Below, piece after piece: positions 12,001-27,459 of a stretch of DNA of 64,000 nucleotides. The DNA comes from the human T2T-CHM13v2.0 reference genome, Homo sapiens, in NCBI RefSeq assembly GCF_009914755.1, contig NC_060925.1. One strand, 5' to 3'. A program made the translations under genes and the position numbers. How positions within the stretch are numbered: position 1 is the stretch's first letter; each line of letters starts with the position of its first letter. The notes beneath the pieces were generated by a model. It did no database searches. It had not been told where the DNA came from and worked only from the letters and a program-made list of their open reading frames with translations.

Positions 12001-15000
12001 TCATCGAATGGTCTCGAATGGAATCATCTTCAAATGAAATGGAATGGAATCATCGCATAGAATCGAATGGAATTATCATCGAATGGAATCGAATGGAATC
12101 AACATCAAACGGAAAAAAACAGAATTATCGTATGGAATCTAAGAGAATCATCGAATGGACCCGAATGGAATCATCTAATGGAATGGAATGGAATAATCCA
12201 TGGACTCGAATGCAATCATCATCGAATGGAATCGAATGGAATCATCGAATGGACTCGAATGGAATAATCATTGAACGGAATCGAATGGAATCATCATCGG
12301 ATGGAAATGAATGGAATCATCATCGAATGGAATCGAATAGAATTATGGAATGAAATCCAGTGTGATCATCATCGAATGGACCCGAATGGAATCATCATCC
12401 AACGGAAGCTAATGGAATCAACATCGAATGAATCGAATGGAAACACCATCGAATTGAAACGAATGGAATTATCATGAAATTGAAATGGATGGACACATCA
12501 TCGAATGGATTCGAATGGAATCATCGAATAAAATTGATTGAAATCATCATCAAATGGAATCGAATGGTATCATTGAATGGAATCGAATGGAATCATCATC
12601 AGATGGAAATGAATGGAATCGTCATAGAATGGAATCGAATGGATTCATTGAATGGAATCAGATGGAATCATCGAATGGACTGGAATGGAATCATTGAATG
12701 GACTCGAAAGGGATCATGATTGAATGGAATTGAATGGAATCATCGAATGGTCTCGATTGGAATCATTATCAAATGGAATCGAATGGAATCACCGAATAGA
12801 ATCGAATGGAACAATCATCGAATGGACTCAAATGGAATTATCCTCAAATGGAATGGAATGGAATTATCGAATGCAATCGAATGGAATTATCGAATGCAAT
12901 CGTATAGAATCATCGAATGGACTCGAATGGAATCATCGAATGGAATGGAATGGAACAGTCAATGAACTCGAATGGAATCATCATTGAATGGAATCGAATG
13001 GAATCATCGAGTGGAATCGAATGGAATTATGATCAAATGGAATCGAATGTAATCATCATCAAATGGAATCAAAAATAACCATCATCAATTGGTATTGAAT
13101 GGAATTGTCATCAAATGGAATTCAAAGGAATCATCATCAAATGGAACCGAATGGAATCCTCATTGAATGGAAATGAAAGGGGTCATCATCTAATGGAATC
13201 GCATGGAATCATCATCAAATGGAATCGAATGGAATCATCATCAAATGGAATCTAATGGAATCATTGAACAGAATTGAATGGAATCGTCATCGAATGAATT
13301 GAATGCAATCATCGAATGGTCTCGAATGTAATCATCTTCTAATGGAAAGGAATGGAATCATCGCATAGAATCGAATGGAATTATCATCGAATGGAATCGA
13401 ATGGTATCAACACCAAACGGAAAAAAACGGAATTATCGAATGGAATCGAAGAGAATCTTCGAACGGACCCGAATGGAATCATCTAATGGAATGGAATGGA
13501 ATAATCCATGGACTCGAATGCAATCATCATCGAATGGAATCGAATGGAATCATCGAATGGACTCGAATGGAATAATCATTGAACGGAATCGAATGGAATC
13601 ATCATCGGATGGAAATGAATGGAATCATCATCGAATGGAAATGAAAGGAGTCATCATCTAATGGAATTGCATGGAATCATCATAAAATGGAATCGAATGG
13701 AATCAACATCAAATGGAATCAAATGGAATCATTGAACGGAATTGAATGGAATCGTCATCGAATGAATTGACTGCAATCATCGAATGGTCTCGAATGGAAT
13801 CATCTTCAAATGGAATGGAATGGAATCATCGCATAGAATCGAATGGAATTATCATCGAATGGAATCGAATGGAATCAACATCAAACGGAAAAAAACGGAA
13901 TTATCGAATGGAATCGAAGAGAATCATCGAATGGACCCGAATGGAATCATCTAATGGAATGGAATGGAATAATCCATGGACTCGAATGCAATCATCATCG
14001 AATGGAATCGAATGGAATCATCGAATGGACTCGAATGGAATAATCATTGAACGGAATCGAATGGAATCATCATCGGATGGAAATGAATGGAATCATCATC
14101 GAATGGAATCGAATAGAATTATGGAATGAAATCCAGTGTGATCATCATCGAATGGACCCGAATGGAATCATCATCCAACGGAAGCTAATGGAATCAACAT
14201 CGAATGAATCGAATGGAAACACCATCGAATTGAAACGAATGGAATTATCATGAAATTGAAATGGATGGACTCATCATCGAATGGATTCGAATGGAATCAT
14301 CGAATAAAATTGATTGAAATCATCATCCAATGGAATCGAATGGTATCATTGAATGGAATCGAATGGAATCATCATCAGATGGAAATGAATGGAATCGTCA
14401 TAGAATGGAATCGAATGGATTCATTGAATGGAATCAGATGGAATCATCGAATGGACTGGAATGGAATCATTGAATGGACTCGAAAGGGATCATGATTGAA
14501 TGGAATTGAATGGAATCATCGAATGGTCTCGATTGGAATCATTATCAAATGGAATCGAATGGAATCACCGAATAGAATCGAATGGAACAATCATCGAATG
14601 GACTCAAATGGAATTATCCTCCAATGGAATCGAATGGAATTATCGAATGCAATCGAATGGAATTATCGAATGCAATCGAATAGAATCATCGAATGGACTC
14701 GAATGGAATCATCGAATGGAATGGAATGGAACAGTCAATGAACTCGAATGGAATCATCATTGAATGGAATCGAATGGAATCATCGAGTGGAATCGAATGG
14801 AATTATGATCAAATGGAATCGAATGTAATCATCATCAAATGGAATCAAAAATAACCATCATCAATTGGTATTGAATGGAATTGTCATCAAATGGAATTCA
14901 AAGGAATCATCATCAAATGGAACCGAATGGAATCCTCATTGAATGGAAATGAAAGGGGTCATCATCTAATGGAATCGCATGGAATCATCATCAAATGGAA

Positions 15001-18000
15001 TCGAATGGAATCATCATCAAATGGAATCTAATGGAATCATTGAACAGAATTGAATGGAATCGTCATCGAATGAATTGAATGCAATCATCGAATGGTCTCG
15101 AATGGAATCATCTTCTAATGGAAAGGAATGGAATCATCGCATAGAATCGAATGGAATTATCATCGAATGGAATCGAATGGTATCAACACCAAACGGAAAA
15201 AAACGGAATTATCGAATGGAATCGAAGAGAATCTTCGAACGGACCCGAATGGAATCATCTAATGGAATGGAATGGAATAATCCATGGACTCGAATGCAAT
15301 CATCATCGAATGGAATCGAATGGAATCATCGAATGGACTCGAATGGAATAATCATTGAACGGAATCGAATGGAATCATCATCGGATGGAAACGAATGGAA
15401 TCATCATCGAATGGAAATGAAAGGAGTCATCATCTAATGGAATTGCATGGAATCATCATAAAATGGAATCGAATGGAATCAACATCAAATGGAATCAAAT
15501 GGAATCATTGAACGGAATTGAATGGAATCGTCATCGAATGAATTGACTGCAATCATCGAATGGTCTCGAATGGAATCATCTTCAAATGGAATGGAATGGA
15601 ATCATCGCATAGAATCGAATGGAATTATCATCGAATGGAATCGAATGGAATCAACATCAAACGGAAAAAAACGGAATTATCGAATGGAATCGAAGAGAAT
15701 CATCGAATGGACCCGAATGGAATCATCTAATGGAATGGAATGGAATAATCCATGGACTCGAATGCAATCATCATCGAATGGAATCGAATGGAATCATCGA
15801 ATGGACTCGAATGGAATAATCATTGAACGGAATCGAATGGAATCATCATCGGATGGAAATGAATGGAATCATCATCGAATGGAATCGAATAGAATTATGG
15901 AATGAAATCCAGTGTGATCATCATCGAATGGACCCGAATGGAATCATCATCCAACGGAAGCTAATGGAATCAACATCGAATGAATCGAATGGAAACACCA
16001 TCGAACTGAAACGAATGGAATTATCATGAAATTGAAATGGATGGACTCATCATCGAATGGATTCGAATGGAATCATCGAATAAAATTGATTGAAATCATC
16101 ATCCAATGGAATCGAATGGTATCATTGAATGGAATCGAATGGAATCATCATCAGATGGAAATGAATGGAATCGTCATAGAATGGAATCGAATGGATTCAT
16201 TGAATGGAATCAGATGGAATCATCGAATGGACTGGAATGGAATCATTGAATGGACTCGAAAGGGATCATTATTGAATGGAATTGAATGGAATCATCGAAT
16301 GGTCTCGATTGGAATCATTATCAAATGGAATCGAATGGAATCACCGAATAGAATCGAATGGAACAATCATCGAATGGACTCAAATGGAATTATCCTCCAA
16401 TGGAATCGAATAGAATTATCGAATGCAATCGAATGGAATTATCGAATGCAATCGAATAGAATCATCGAATGGACTCGAATGGAATCATCGAATGGAATGG
16501 AATGGAACAGTCAATGAACTCGAATGGAATCATCATTGAATGGAATCGAATGGAATCATCGAGTGGAATCGAATGGAATTATGATCAAATGGAATCGAAT
16601 GTAATCATCATCAAATGGAATCAAAAATAACCATCATCAATTGGTATTGAATGGAATTGTCATCAAATGGAATTCAAAGGAATCATCATCAAATGGAACC
16701 GAATGGAATCCTCATTGAATGGAAATGAAAGGGGTCATCATCTAATGGAATCGCATGGAATCATCATCAAATGGAATCGAATGGAATCATCATCAAATGG
16801 AATCTAATGGAATCATTGAACAGAATTGAATGGAATCGTCATCGAATGAATTGAATGCAATCATCGAATGGTCTCGAATGGAATCATCTTCTAATGGAAA
16901 GGAATGGAATCATCGCATAGAATCGAATGGAATTATCATCGAATGGAATCGAATGGTATCAACACCAAACGGAAAAAAACGGAATTATCGAATGGAATCG
17001 AAGAGAATCTTCGAACGGACCCGAATGGAATCATCTAATGGAATGGAATGGAATAATCCATGGACTCGAATGCAATCATCATCGAATGGAATGGAATGGA
17101 ATCATCGAATGGACTCGAATGGAATAATCATTGAACGGAATCGAATGGAATCATCATCGGATGGAAACGAATGGAATCATCATCGAATGGAAATGAAAGG
17201 AGTCATCATCTAATGGAATTGCATGGAATCATCATAAAATGGAATCGAATTGAATCAACATCAAATGGAATCAAATGGAATCATTGAACGGAATTGAATG
17301 GAATCGTCATCGAATGAATTGACTGCAATCATCGAATGGTCTCGAATGGAATCATCTTCAAATGGAATGGAATGGAATCATCGCATAGAATCGAATGGAA
17401 TTATCATCGAATGGAATCGAATGGAATCAACATCAAACGGAAAAAAACGGAATTATCGAATGGAATCGAAGAGAATCATCGAATGGACCCGAATGGAATC
17501 ATCTAATGGAATGGAATGGAATAATCCATGGACTCGAATGCAATCATCATCGAATGGAATCGAATGGAATCATTGAATGGACTCGAATGGAATAATCATT
17601 GAACGGAATCGAATGGAATCATCATCGGATGGAAATGAATGGAATCATCATCGAATGGAATCGAATAGAATTATGGAATGAAATCCAGTGTGATCATCAT
17701 CGAATGGACCCGAATGGAATCATCATCCAACGGAAGCTAATGGAATCAACATCGAATGAATCGAATGGAAACACCATCGAATTGAAACGAATGGAATTAT
17801 CATGAAATTGAAATGGATGGACTCATCATCGAATGGATTCGAATGGAATCATCGAATAAAATTGATTGAAATCATCATCCAATGGAATCGAATGGTATCA
17901 TTGAATGGAATCGAATGGAATCATCATCAGATGGAAATGAATGGAATCGTCATAGAATGGAATCGAATGGATTCATTGAATGGAATCAGATGGAATCATC

Positions 18001-21000
18001 GAATGGACTGGAATGGAATCATTGAATGGACTCGAAAGGGATCATTATTGAATGGAATTGAATGGAATCATCGAATGGTCTCGATTGGAATCATTATCAA
18101 ATGGAATCGAATGGAATCACCGAATAGAATCGAATGGAACAATCATCGAATGGACTCAAATGGAATTATCCTCCAATGGAATCGAATGGAATTATCGAAT
18201 GCAATCGAATGGAATTATCGAATGCAATCGAATAGAATCATCGAAAGGACTCGAATGGAATCATCGAATGGAATGGAATGGAACAGTCAATGAACTCGAA
18301 TGGAATCATCATTGAATGGAATCGAATGGAATCATCGAGTGGAATCGAATGGAATTATGATCAAATGGAATCGAATGTAATCATCATCAAATGGAATCAA
18401 AAATAACCATCATCAATTGGTATTGAATGGAATTGTCATCAAATGGAATTCAAAGGAATCATCATCAAATGGAACCGAATGGAATCCTCATTGAATGGAA
18501 ATGAAAGGGGTCATCATCTAATGGAATCGCATGGAATCATCATCAAATGGAATCGAATGGAATCATCATCAAATGGAATCTAATGGAATCATTGAACAGA
18601 ATTGAATGGAATCGTCATCGAATGAATTGAATGCAATCATCGAATGGTCTCGAATGGAATCATCTTCTAATGGAAAGGAATGGAATCATTGCATAGAATC
18701 GAATGGAATTATCATCGAATGGAATCGAATGGTATCAACACCAAACGGAAAAAAACGGAATTATCGAATGGAATCGAAGAGAATCTTCGAACGGACCCGA
18801 ATGGAATCATCTAATGGAATGGAATGGAATAATCCATGGACTCGAATGCAATCATCATCGAATGGAATGGAATGGAATCATCGAATGGACTCGAATGGAA
18901 TAATCATTGAACGGAATCGAATGGAATCATCATCGGATGGAAACGAATGGAATCATCATCGAATGGAAATGAAAGGAGTCATCATCTAATGGAATTGCAT
19001 GGAATCATCATAAAATGGAATCGAATGGAATCAACATCAAATGGAATCAAATGGAATCATTGAACGGAATTGAATGGAATCGTCGTCGAATGAATTGACT
19101 GCAATCATCGAATGGTCTCGAATGGAATCATCTTCAAATGGAATGGAATGGAATCATCGCATAGAATCGAATGGAATTATCATCGAATGGAATCGAATGG
19201 AATCAACATCAAACGGAAAAAAACGGAATTATCGAATGGAATCGAAGAGAATCATCGAATGGACCCGAATGGAATCATCTAATGGAATGGAATGGAATAA
19301 TCCATGGACTCGAATGCAATCATCATCGAATGGAATCGAATGGAATCATCGAATGGACTCGAATGGAATAATCATTGAACGGAATCGAATGGAATCATCA
19401 TCGGATGGAAATGAATGGAATCATCATCGAATGGAATCGAATAGAATTATGGAATGAAATCCAGTGTGATCATCATCGAATGGACCCGAATGGAATCATC
19501 ATCCAACGGAAGCTAATGGAATCAACATCGAATGAATCGAATGGAAACACCATCGAATTGAAACGAATGGAATTATCATGAAATTGAAATGGATGGACTC
19601 ATCATCGAATGGATTCGAATGGAATCATCGAATAAAATTGATTGAAATCATCATCCAATGGAATCGAATGGTATCATTGAATGGAATCGAATGGAATCAT
19701 CATCAGATGGAAATGAATGGAATCGTCATAGAATGGAATCGAATGGATTCATTGAATGGAATCAGATGGAATCATCGAATGGACTGGAATGGAATCATTG
19801 AATGGACTCGAAAGGGATCATGATTGAATGGAATTGAATGGAATCATCGAATGGTCTCGATTGGAATCATTATCAAATGGAATCGAATGGAATCACCGAA
19901 TAGAATCGAATGGAACAATCATCGAATGGACTCAAATGGAATTATCCTCCAATGGAATCGAATGGAATTATCGAATGCAATCGAATGGAATTATCGAATG
20001 CAATCAAATAGAATCATCGAATGGACTCGAATGGAATCATCGAATGGAATGGAATGGAACAGTCAATGAACTCGAATGGAATCATCATTGAATGGAATCG
20101 AATGGAATCATCGAGTGGAATCGAATGGAATTATGATCAAATGGAATCGAATGTAATCATCATCAAATGGAATCAAAAATAACCATCATCAATTGGTATT
20201 GAATGGAATTGTCATCAAATGGAATTCAAAGGAATCATCATCAAATGGAACCGAATGGAATCCTCATTGAATGGAAATGAAAGGGGTCATCATCTAATGG
20301 AATCGCATGGAATCATCATCAAATGGAATCAAATGGAATCATCATCAAATGGAATCTAATGGAATCATTGAACAGAATTGAATGGAATCGTCATCGAATG
20401 AATTGAATGCAATCATCGAATGGTCTCGAATGGAATCATCTTCTAATGGAAAGGAATGGAATCATCGCATAGAATCGAATGGAATTATCATCGAATGGAA
20501 TCGAATGGTATCAACACCAAACGGAAAAAAACGGAATTATCGAATGGAATCGAAGAGAATCTTCGAACGGACCCGAATGGAATCATCTAATGGAATGGAA
20601 TGGAATAATCCATGGACACGAATGCAATCATCATCGAATGGAATGGAATGGAATCATCGAATGGACTCGAATGGAATAATCATTGAACGGAATCGAATGG
20701 AATCATCATCGGATGGAAACGAATGGAATCATCATCGAATGGAAATGAAAGGAGTCATCATCTAATGGAATTGCATGGAATCATCATAAAATGGAATCGA
20801 ATGGAATCAACATCAAATGGAATCAAATGGAATCATTGAACGGAATTGAATGGAATCGTCATCGAATGAATTGACTGCAATCATCGAATGGTCTCGAATG
20901 GAATCATCTTCAAATGGAATGGAATGGAATCATCGCATAGAATCGAATGGAATTATCATCGAATGGAATCGAATGGAATCAACATCAAACGGAAAAAAAC

Positions 21001-24000
21001 GGAATTATCGAATGGAATCGAAGAGAATCATCGAATGGACCCGAATGGAATCATCTAATGGAATGGAATGGAATAATCCATGGACTCGAATGCAATCATC
21101 ATCGAATGGAATCGAATGGAATCATCGAATGGACTCGAATGGAATAATCATTGAACGGAATCGAATGGAATCATCATCGGATGGAAATGAATGGAATCAT
21201 CATCGAATGGAATCGAATAGAATTATGGAATGAAATCCAGTGTGATCATCATCGAATGGACCCGAATGGAATCATCATCCAACGGAAGCTAATGGAATCA
21301 ACATCGAATGAATCGAATGGAAACACCATCGAATTGAAACGAATGGAATTATCATGAAATTGAAATGGATGGACTCATCATCGAATGGATTCGAATGGAA
21401 TCATCGAATAAAATTGATTGAAATCATCATCCAATGGAATCGAATGGTATCATTGAATGGAATCGAATGGAATCATCATCAGATGGAAATGAATGGAATC
21501 GTCATAGAATGGAATCGAATGGATTCATTGAATGGAATCAGATGGAATCATCGAATGGACTGGAATGGAATCATTGAATGGACTCGAAAGGGATCATTAT
21601 TGAATGGAATTGAATGGAATCATCGAATGGTCTCGATTGGAATCATTATCAAATGGAATCGAATGGAATCACCGAATAGAATCGAATGGAACAATCATCG
21701 AATGGACTCAAATGGAATTATCCTCCAATGGAATCGAATAGAATTATCGAATGCAATCGAATGGAATTATCGAATGCAATCGAATAGAATCATCAAAAGG
21801 ACTCGAATGGAATCATCGAATGGAATGGAATGGAACAGTCAATGAACTCGAATGGAATCATCATTGAATGGAATCGAATGGAATCATCGAGTGGAATCGA
21901 ATGGCATTATGATCAAATGGAATCGAATGTAATCATCATCAAATGGGATCAAAAATAACCATCATCAATTGGTATTGAATGGAATTGTCATCAAATGGAA
22001 TTCAAAGGAATCATCATCAAATGGAACCGAATGGAATCCTCATTGAATGGAAATGAAAGGGGTCATCATCTAATGGAATCGCATGGAATCATCATCAAAT
22101 GGAATCGAATGGAATCATCATCAAATGGAATCTAATGGAATCATTGAACAGAATTGAATGGAATCGTCATCGAATGAATTGAATGCAATCATCGAATGGT
22201 CTCGAATGGAATCATCTTCTAATGGAAAGGAATGGAATCATCGCATAGAATCGAATGGAATTATCATCGAATGGAATCGAATGGTATCAACACCAAACGG
22301 AAAAAAACGGAATTATCGAATGGAATCGAAGAGAATCTTCGAACGGACCCGAATGGAATCATCTAATGGAATGGAATGGAATAATCCATGGACTCGAATG
22401 CAATCATCATCGAATGGAATGGAATGGAATCATCGAATGGACTCGAATGGAATAATCATTGAACGGAATCAAATGGAATCATCATCGGATGGAAACGAAT
22501 GGAATCATCATCGAATGGAAATGAAAGGAGTCATCATCTAATGGAATTGCATGGAATCATCATAAAATGGAATCGAATGGAATCAACATCAAATGGAATC
22601 AAATGGAATCATTGAACGGAATTGAATGGAATCGTCATCGAATGAATTGACTGCAATCATCGAATGGTCTCGAATGGAATCATCTTCAAATGGAATGGAA
22701 TGGAATCATCGCATAGAGTCGAATGGAATTATCATCGAATGGAATCGAATGGAATCAACATCCAACGGAAAAAAACGGAATTATCGAATGGAATCGAAGA
22801 GAATCATCGAATGGACCCGAATGGAATCATCTAATGGAATGGAATGGAATAATCCATGGACTCGAATGCAATCATCATCGAATGAAATCGAATGGAATCA
22901 TCGAATGGACTCGAATGGAATAATCATTGAACGGAATCGAATGGAATCATCATCGGATGGAAATGAATGGAATCATCATCGAATGGAATCGAATAGAATT
23001 ATGGAATGAAATCCAGTGTGATCATCATCGAATGGACCCGAATGGAATCATCATCCAACGGAAGCTAATGGAATCAACATCGAATGAATCGAATGGAAAC
23101 ACCATCGAATTGAAACGAATGGAATTATCATGAAATTGAAATGGATGGACTCATCATCGAATGGATTCGAATGGAATCATCGAATAAAATTGATTGAAAT
23201 CATCATCAAATGGAATCGAATGGTGTCATTGAATGGAATCGAATGGAATCATCATCAGATGGAAATGAATGGAATCGTCATAGAATGGAATCGAATGGAT
23301 TCATTGAATGGAATCAGATGGAATCATCGAATGGACTGGAATGGAATCATTGAATGGACTCGAAAGGGATCATGATTGAATGGAATTGAATGGAAACATC
23401 GAATGGTCTCGATTGGAATCATTACCAAATGGAATCGAATGGAATCACCGAATAGAATCGAATGGAACAATCATCGAATGGACTCAAATGGAATTATCCT
23501 CCAATGGAATCGAATGGAATTATCGAATGCAATCGAATGGAATCATCGAATGGACTCGAATGGAATCATCGAATGGAATGGAATGGAACAGTCAATGAAC
23601 TCGAATGGAATCATCATTGAATGGAATCGAATGGAATCATCGAGTGGAATCGAATGGAATTATGATCAAATGGAATCGAATGTAATCATCATCAAATGGA
23701 ATCAAAAATAACTATCATCAATTGGTATTGAATGGAATTGTCATCAAATGGAATTCAAAGGAATCATCATCAAATGGAACCGAATGGAATCCTCATTGAA
23801 TGGAAATGAAAGGGGTCATCATCTAATGGAATCGCATGGAATGATCATCAAATGGAATCGAATGGAATCATCATCAAATGGAATCTAATGGAATCATTGA
23901 ACAGAATTGAATGGAATCGTCATCGAATGAATTGAATGCAATCATCAAATGGTCTCGAATGGAATCATCTTCTAATGGAAAGGAATGGAATCATCGCATA

Positions 24001-27000
24001 GAATCGAATGGAATTATCATCGAATGGAATCGAATGGTATCAACACCAAACGGAAAAAAACGGAATTATCGAATGGAATCGAAGAGAATCTTCGAACGGA
24101 CCCGAATGGAATCATCTAATGGAATGGAATGGAATAATCCATGGACTCGAATGCAATCATCATCGAATGGAATGGAATGGAATCATCGAATGGACTCGAA
24201 TGGAATAATCATTGAACGGAATCGAATGGAATCATCATCGGATGGAAACGAATGGAATCATCATCGAATGGAAATGAAAGGAGTCATCATCTAATGGAAT
24301 TGCATGGAATCATCATAAAATGGAATCGAATGGAATCAACATCAAATGGAATCAAATGGAATCATTGAACGGAATTGAATGGAATCGTCATCGAATGAAT
24401 TGACTGCAATCATCGAATGGTCTCGAATGGAATCATCTTCAAATGGAATGGAATGGAATCATCGCATAGAATCGAATGGAATTATCATCGAATGGAATCG
24501 AATGGAATCAACATCAAACGGAAAAAAACGGAATTATCGAATGGAATCGAAGAGAATCATCGAATGGACCCGAATGGAATCATCTAATGGAATGGAATGG
24601 AATAATCCATGGACTCGAATGCAATCATCATCGAATGGAATCGAATGGAATCATCGAATGGACTCGAATGGAATAATCATTGACCAGAATCGAATGGAAT
24701 CATCATCGGATGGAAATGAATGGAATCATCATCGAATGGAATCGAATAGAATTATGGAATGAAATCCAGTGTGATCATCATCGAATGGACCCGAATGGAA
24801 TCATCATCCAACGGAAGCTAATGGAATCAACATCGAATGAATCGAATGGAAACACCATCGAACTGAAACGAATGGAATTATCATGAAATTGAAATGGATG
24901 GACTCATCATCGAATGGATTCGAATGGAATCATCGAATAAAATTGATTGAAATCATCATCCAATGGAATCGAATGGTATCATTGAATGGAATCGAATGGA
25001 ATCATCATCAGATGGAAATGAATGGAATCGTCATAGAATGGAATCGAATGGATTCATTGAATGGAATCAGATGGAATCATCGAATGGACTGGAATGGAAT
25101 CATTGAATGGACTCGAAAGGGATCATGATTGAATGGAATTGAATGGAATCATCGAATGGTCTGGATTGGAATCATTATCAAATGGAATCGAATGGAATCA
25201 CCGAATAGAATCGAATGGAACAATCATCGAATGGACTCAAATGGAATTATCCTCCAATGGAATCGAATAGAATTATCGAATGCAATCGAATGGAATTATC
25301 GAATGCAATCGAATAGAATCATCGAATGGACTCGAATGGAATCATCGAATGGAATGGAATGGAACAGTCAATGAACTCGAATGGAATCATCATTGAATGG
25401 AATCGAATGGAATCATCGAGTGGAATCGAATGGAATTATGATCAAATGGAATCGAATGTAATCATCATCAAATGGAATCAAAAATAACCATCATCAATTG
25501 GTATTGAATGGAATTGTCATCAAATGGAATTCAAAGGAATCATCATCAAATGGAACCGAATGGAATCCTCATTGAATGGAAATGAAAGGGGTCATCATCT
25601 AATGGAATCACATGGAATCATCATCAAATGGAATCGAATGGAATCATCATCAAATGGAATCTAATGGAATCATTGAACAGAATTGAATGGAATCGTCATC
25701 GAATGAATTGAATGCAATCATCGAATGGTCTCGAATGGAATCATCTTCTAATGGAAAGGAATGGAATCATCGCATAGAATCGAATGGAATTATCATCGAA
25801 TGGAATCGAATGGTATCAACACCAAACGGAAAAAAACGGAATTATCGAATGGAATCGAAGAGAATCTTCGAACGGACCCGAATGGAATCATCTAATGGAA
25901 TGGAATGGAATAATCCATGGACTCGAATGCAATCATCATCGAATGGAATGGAATGGAATCATCGAATGGACTCGAATGGAATAATCATTGAACGGAATCG
26001 AATGGAATCATCATCGGATGGAAACGAATGGAATCATCATCGAATGGAAATGAAAGGAGTCATCATCTAATGGAATTGCCTGGAATCATCATAAAATGGA
26101 ATCGAATGGAATCAACATCAAATGGAATCAAATGGAATCATTGAACGGAATTGAATGGAATCGTCATCGAATGAATTGACTGCAATCATCGAATGGTCTC
26201 GAATGGAATCATCTTCAAATGGAATGGAATGGAATCATCGCATAGAATCGAATGGAATTATCATCGAATGGAATCGAATGGAATCAACATCAAACGGAAA
26301 AAAACGGAATTATCGAATGGAATCGAAGAGAATCATCGAATGGACCCGAATGGAATCATCTAATGGAATGGAATGGAATAATCCATGGACTCGAATGCAA
26401 TCATCATCGAATGGAATCGAATGGAATCATTGAATGGACTCGAATGGAATAATCATTGAACGGAATCGAATGGAATCATCATCGGATGGAAATGAATGGA
26501 ATCATCATCGAATGGAATCGAATAGAATTATGGAATGAAATCCAGTGTGATCATCATCGAATGGACCCGAATGGAATCATCATCCAACGGAAGCTAATGG
26601 AATCAACATCGAATGAATCGAATGGAAACACCATCGGATTGAAACGAATGGAATTATCATGAAATTGAAATGGATGGATTCATCATCGAATGGATTCGAA
26701 TGGAATCATCGAATAAAATTGATTGAAATCATCATCGAATGGAATCGAATGGTATCATTGAATGGAATCGAATGGAATCATCATCAGATGGAAATGAATG
26801 GAATCGTCATAGAATGGAATCGAATGGATTCATTGAATGGAATCAGATGGAATCATCGAATGGACTGGAATGGAATCATTGAATGGACTCGAAAGGGATC
26901 ATGATTGAATGGAATTGAATGGAATCATCGAATGGTCTCGATTGGAATCATTATCAAATGGAATCGAATGGAATCACCGAATAGAATCAAATGGAACAAT

Positions 27001-27459
27001 CATCGAATGGACTCAAATGGAATTATCCTCAAATGGAATCGAATGGAATTATCGAATGCAATCGAATGGAATTATCGAATGCAATCGAATAGAATCATCG
27101 AAAGGACTCGAATGGAATCATCGAATGGAATGGAATGGAACAGTCAATGAACTCGAATGGAATCATCATTGAATGGAATCGAATGCAATCATCGAGTGGA
27201 ATCGAATGGAATTATGATCAAATGGAATCGAATGTAATCATCATCAAATGGAATCAAAAATAACCATCATCAATTGGTATTGAATGGAATTGTCATCAAA
27301 TGGAATTCAAAGGAATCATCATCAAATGGAACCGAATGGAATCCTCATTGAATGGAAATGAAAGGGGTCATCATCTAATGGAATCGCATGGAATCATCAT
27401 CAAATGGAATCGAATGGAATCATCATCAAATGGAATCTAATGGAATCATTGAACAGAAT

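Noticed and set aside
16026-16517. 163-aa ORF versus split 81+81-aa ORFs, resembling a read-through switch
   Set aside because: It reflects one satellite SNP (GATCATTA vs GATCATGA) segregating among units. Nothing indicates coding selection.
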